Assembly: GCA_938084645.1 (NCBI GenBank)
Contig: CALKEP010000047.1
Span: 1 to 49,665 of the forward strand
Origin: an uncultured Phycisphaerales bacterium
GTDB lineage: Bacteria; Planctomycetota; Phycisphaerae; Phycisphaerales; SM1A02
Length of the DNA stretch: 49,665 bases
Direction: 5' to 3'
Below are positions 47,737-49,665 of this stretch, one piece after another. Position 1 is the stretch's first letter, and every line of letters starts with the position of its first letter. Below the pieces are notes generated by a model. That model saw only the letters and a program-made list of their open reading frames with translations. It had not been told where the DNA came from and did not search any database. Made by a program: the position numbers and the translations under genes.

Positions 47737-48021
47737 TCACTTGACGCCTTTCGGCCCTCCGTCCGTCAGGTACTTCTCCCGGATCGCCGCTTCGAGGTCG
47801 ACCTCGCAGATGTTCGCCAGCGTGGTCAGCCACGCGAGCACGTCGGCGAATTCCTCGCGGAGATTCTCCTCGTCCCCATCCCCACGTTCCCGTCGACCGA
47901 AGGCCTCCGCGAGCTCCCCGACCTCCTCGCTGAACCAGAGGAAGGTCCCCGGGACCCCTCGGGCGGCGTCGGTGGCGTGGTAACGGTCGCGGATCAGCTG
48001 CTGGAACTCGGCAAGTCGCAT
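47737..48021 (-). CDS. MazG-like nucleotide pyrophosphohydrolase (single domain)
   Basis: EEVGELAEA...EEFADVLAW; GAGG RBS upstream. Confidence 0.88.
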   Translation of the reverse strand: MRLAEFQQLIRDRYHATDAARGVPGTFLWFSEEVGELAEAFGRRERGDGDEENLREEFADVLAWLTTLANICEVDLEAAIREKYLTDGGPKGVK

Positions 48022-48357
48022 CGGACGCTCCTCGAGGACGGCATGAAAATGTGGATCGGACGGCGGTGCGGTCGCACCCCGCGACCGGGCCCGTAGTCTC
48101 CCATGGAAAGACCCGCGAGGTCGGACTCGCGGCGATCCATGCTTCGACCCCGCTCCGGCCGCCATCCCTTGCCTGAATCGCTCGAACCATCCTCGGCCGC
48201 GCCAGTCGATTCGATTCCACCGCCTTCCGCGGTGGAACCGGAGGCGATCGGCCCACGCGAGGCGGTTCGAGGCCGGGTCCGGGATCACCCCCGCCAGACC
48301 GTGCACCCCCTCGGCCGTCGGACGAAGACGCCTCGATCCGCCCGATTGGAAACCCTC

Positions 48358-49413
48358 GTGACCGACCTCAAGCCCACCACGTCATCACCGAAGTCAGACA
48401 CCGCCCCGGCGCCGGGCCCGAACCACGAACAACTCGAACTCGACCTGTCCACGGATTCGGACTCGACCACGCCGACCGAGATCACGACCGAGTCCACCGA
48501 ACGACCGGAGCCACCCTCCATCGCGACGAATCCGGTCGCCGCGCGACGTTGGGCGATGACCTGGAAGCCGGACGCCGAGACGACGGATCGAAACTCGCAG
48601 CATCCCGCCGCACGGGTGACGCGAGAGAACATCGACGCCGCGACCAACCAACCGTCGATTCCTCAGGTCCAGTCGCCGCGTTCGGACGTCGGACCCACCG
48701 AACGGGCGGACACCCTTGTCACCGACGACGAGCTCGGCGACGAACTCGGCGAGACCACGGTAGAGATGCCGAAGACGCTCACGCCCGAACCCGAGGCGGC
48801 ATCCGACGCGGTGGCGGATGCGGTCGCCGAATCGGAGACACGCTCGACGGGAGACACCGCGGCCGACCCGGAGCCGATCGCGGACGAGATGCCGACGCCC
48901 GTCATCGAGCCCGCCCCGGTGACGACGGAACCCGCTGAATCCGATGTCGTGCCGGAAACCGCCGCGGTCCGGGCAGTCAACACCCCGACGCGCTCCACGA
49001 CCGAACGCATGCCCGCACCAGCCGCGTCCGGGACCATCCGGATCGCCGCCGCCGGCTGGGTCGTCGCGGTGCTGGTCGGCCTTGGTTGGTTGGTCGCGTC
49101 GAATCGGCCGACGATCCTCCCGCCGCCCGCAGCCGGAGTCGCGCCCGCCGAGACGCCCGTCAGCACCAAGGCGGACACCGAGGCGGAAACCGAGTCGATC
49201 ATGGACCTCCAAGCCGCGATCGTCGACCTCGAGGCCATGGCCGCCAGCGGCGCCGCTCGGATCTCGGCCCTGGAGACCGAGCTCGAGCAAGCCCGATCGG
49301 ACGCGGCGTATCTGGGCCGGGAGCGTTCGCTCCTGCAGGCCGAGCTCGAAGGCCTGATGGAGATCATCGAACCACCGGCTACCTCGACGAACAGCGCCGC
49401 CGCCGGCGGCTGA
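48358..49413 (+). CDS. Hypothetical single-pass membrane protein (acidic disordered N-terminus, TM, coiled coil)
   Basis: T/E/P-rich region, then TM AAGWVVAVLVGLGWLV, then a heptad coiled coil. Start uncertain (GTG 48358 vs ATG 48103). Confidence 0.65.
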   Translation: MTDLKPTTSSPKSDTAPAPGPNHEQLELDLSTDSDSTTPTEITTESTERPEPPSIATNPVAARRWAMTWKPDAETTDRNSQHPAARVTRENIDAATNQPSIPQVQSPRSDVGPTERADTLVTDDELGDELGETTVEMPKTLTPEPEAASDAVADAVAESETRSTGDTAADPEPIADEMPTPVIEPAPVTTEPAESDVVPETAAVRAVNTPTRSTTERMPAPAASGTIRIAAAGWVVAVLVGLGWLVASNRPTILPPPAAGVAPAETPVSTKADTEAETESIMDLQAAIVDLEAMAASGAARISALETELEQARSDAAYLGRERSLLQAELEGLMEIIEPPATSTNSAAAGG

Positions 49414-49492
49414 CCAGCCGCTGCAGGCCGGTCGACGATCGCATTCGATCGGATTACAATGTTTGGTCGCGATCAGCCGTTTCGTCGCCCCG

Positions 49493-49566
49493 GTCCATGT
49501 AGCTCAATTGGATAGAGCACTGCCCTCCGAAGGCAGGGGTTGGAGGTTCGAGTCCTCCCATGGACG
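49493..49566 (+). tRNA. tRNA-Arg (CCG), CCA not encoded
   Basis: Acceptor stem gtccatg/catggac; D-arm; anticodon arm ctgcc-ctCCGaa-ggcag; T-loop GTTCGAG; TACAAT -10 at 49455. Confidence 0.96.
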
Positions 49567-49665
49567 TTCGCTCGAAGTAGTTCAATCCAACGTCGCTTGC
49601 TGATTCTCAAGCGTTTTAGGATCGGCGGCAGCGACTCGGGCGTCGCCCGCTTGCCACCCATGACG

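Overview
A GC-rich, gene-dense bacterial chromosomal region, most consistent with a Planctomycetota (Phycisphaerales-like) genome; this assignment is inferred from gene content and composition. It carries about 38 CDSs, mostly housekeeping: waaA, thiL, tsaE, lysC, typA, dtd, udg, rplU, sdhCAB, hemW, purA, uppS, asnB and others. It also carries RNase P RNA (rnpB) and tRNA-Arg(CCG). I see no transposase, integrase, phage gene or CRISPR array. Items the ORF track does not show: (1) a canonical-looking dif (XerCD) site at 4397-4424, plus an inverted copy with a 9-bp in-frame insertion inside the neighbouring glycosyltransferase gene; (2) an ALG10-like GT-C glycosyltransferase coupled to a UbiA/DPPR-synthase-like gene, inserted antisense between sdhA and sdhB, a candidate lipid-linked pentose glycosylation system; (3) a TsaE-YacG fusion; (4) a ~1270-aa secreted protein built from about 19 Cys-rich modules, preceded by a possible RNA switch; (5) a recurrent TANNNT-N6-start architecture implying many leaderless mRNAs; (6) tandem NrdR-like boxes with no ribonucleotide reductase gene in the window. 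All calls come from reading motifs by eye; no database searches were run.
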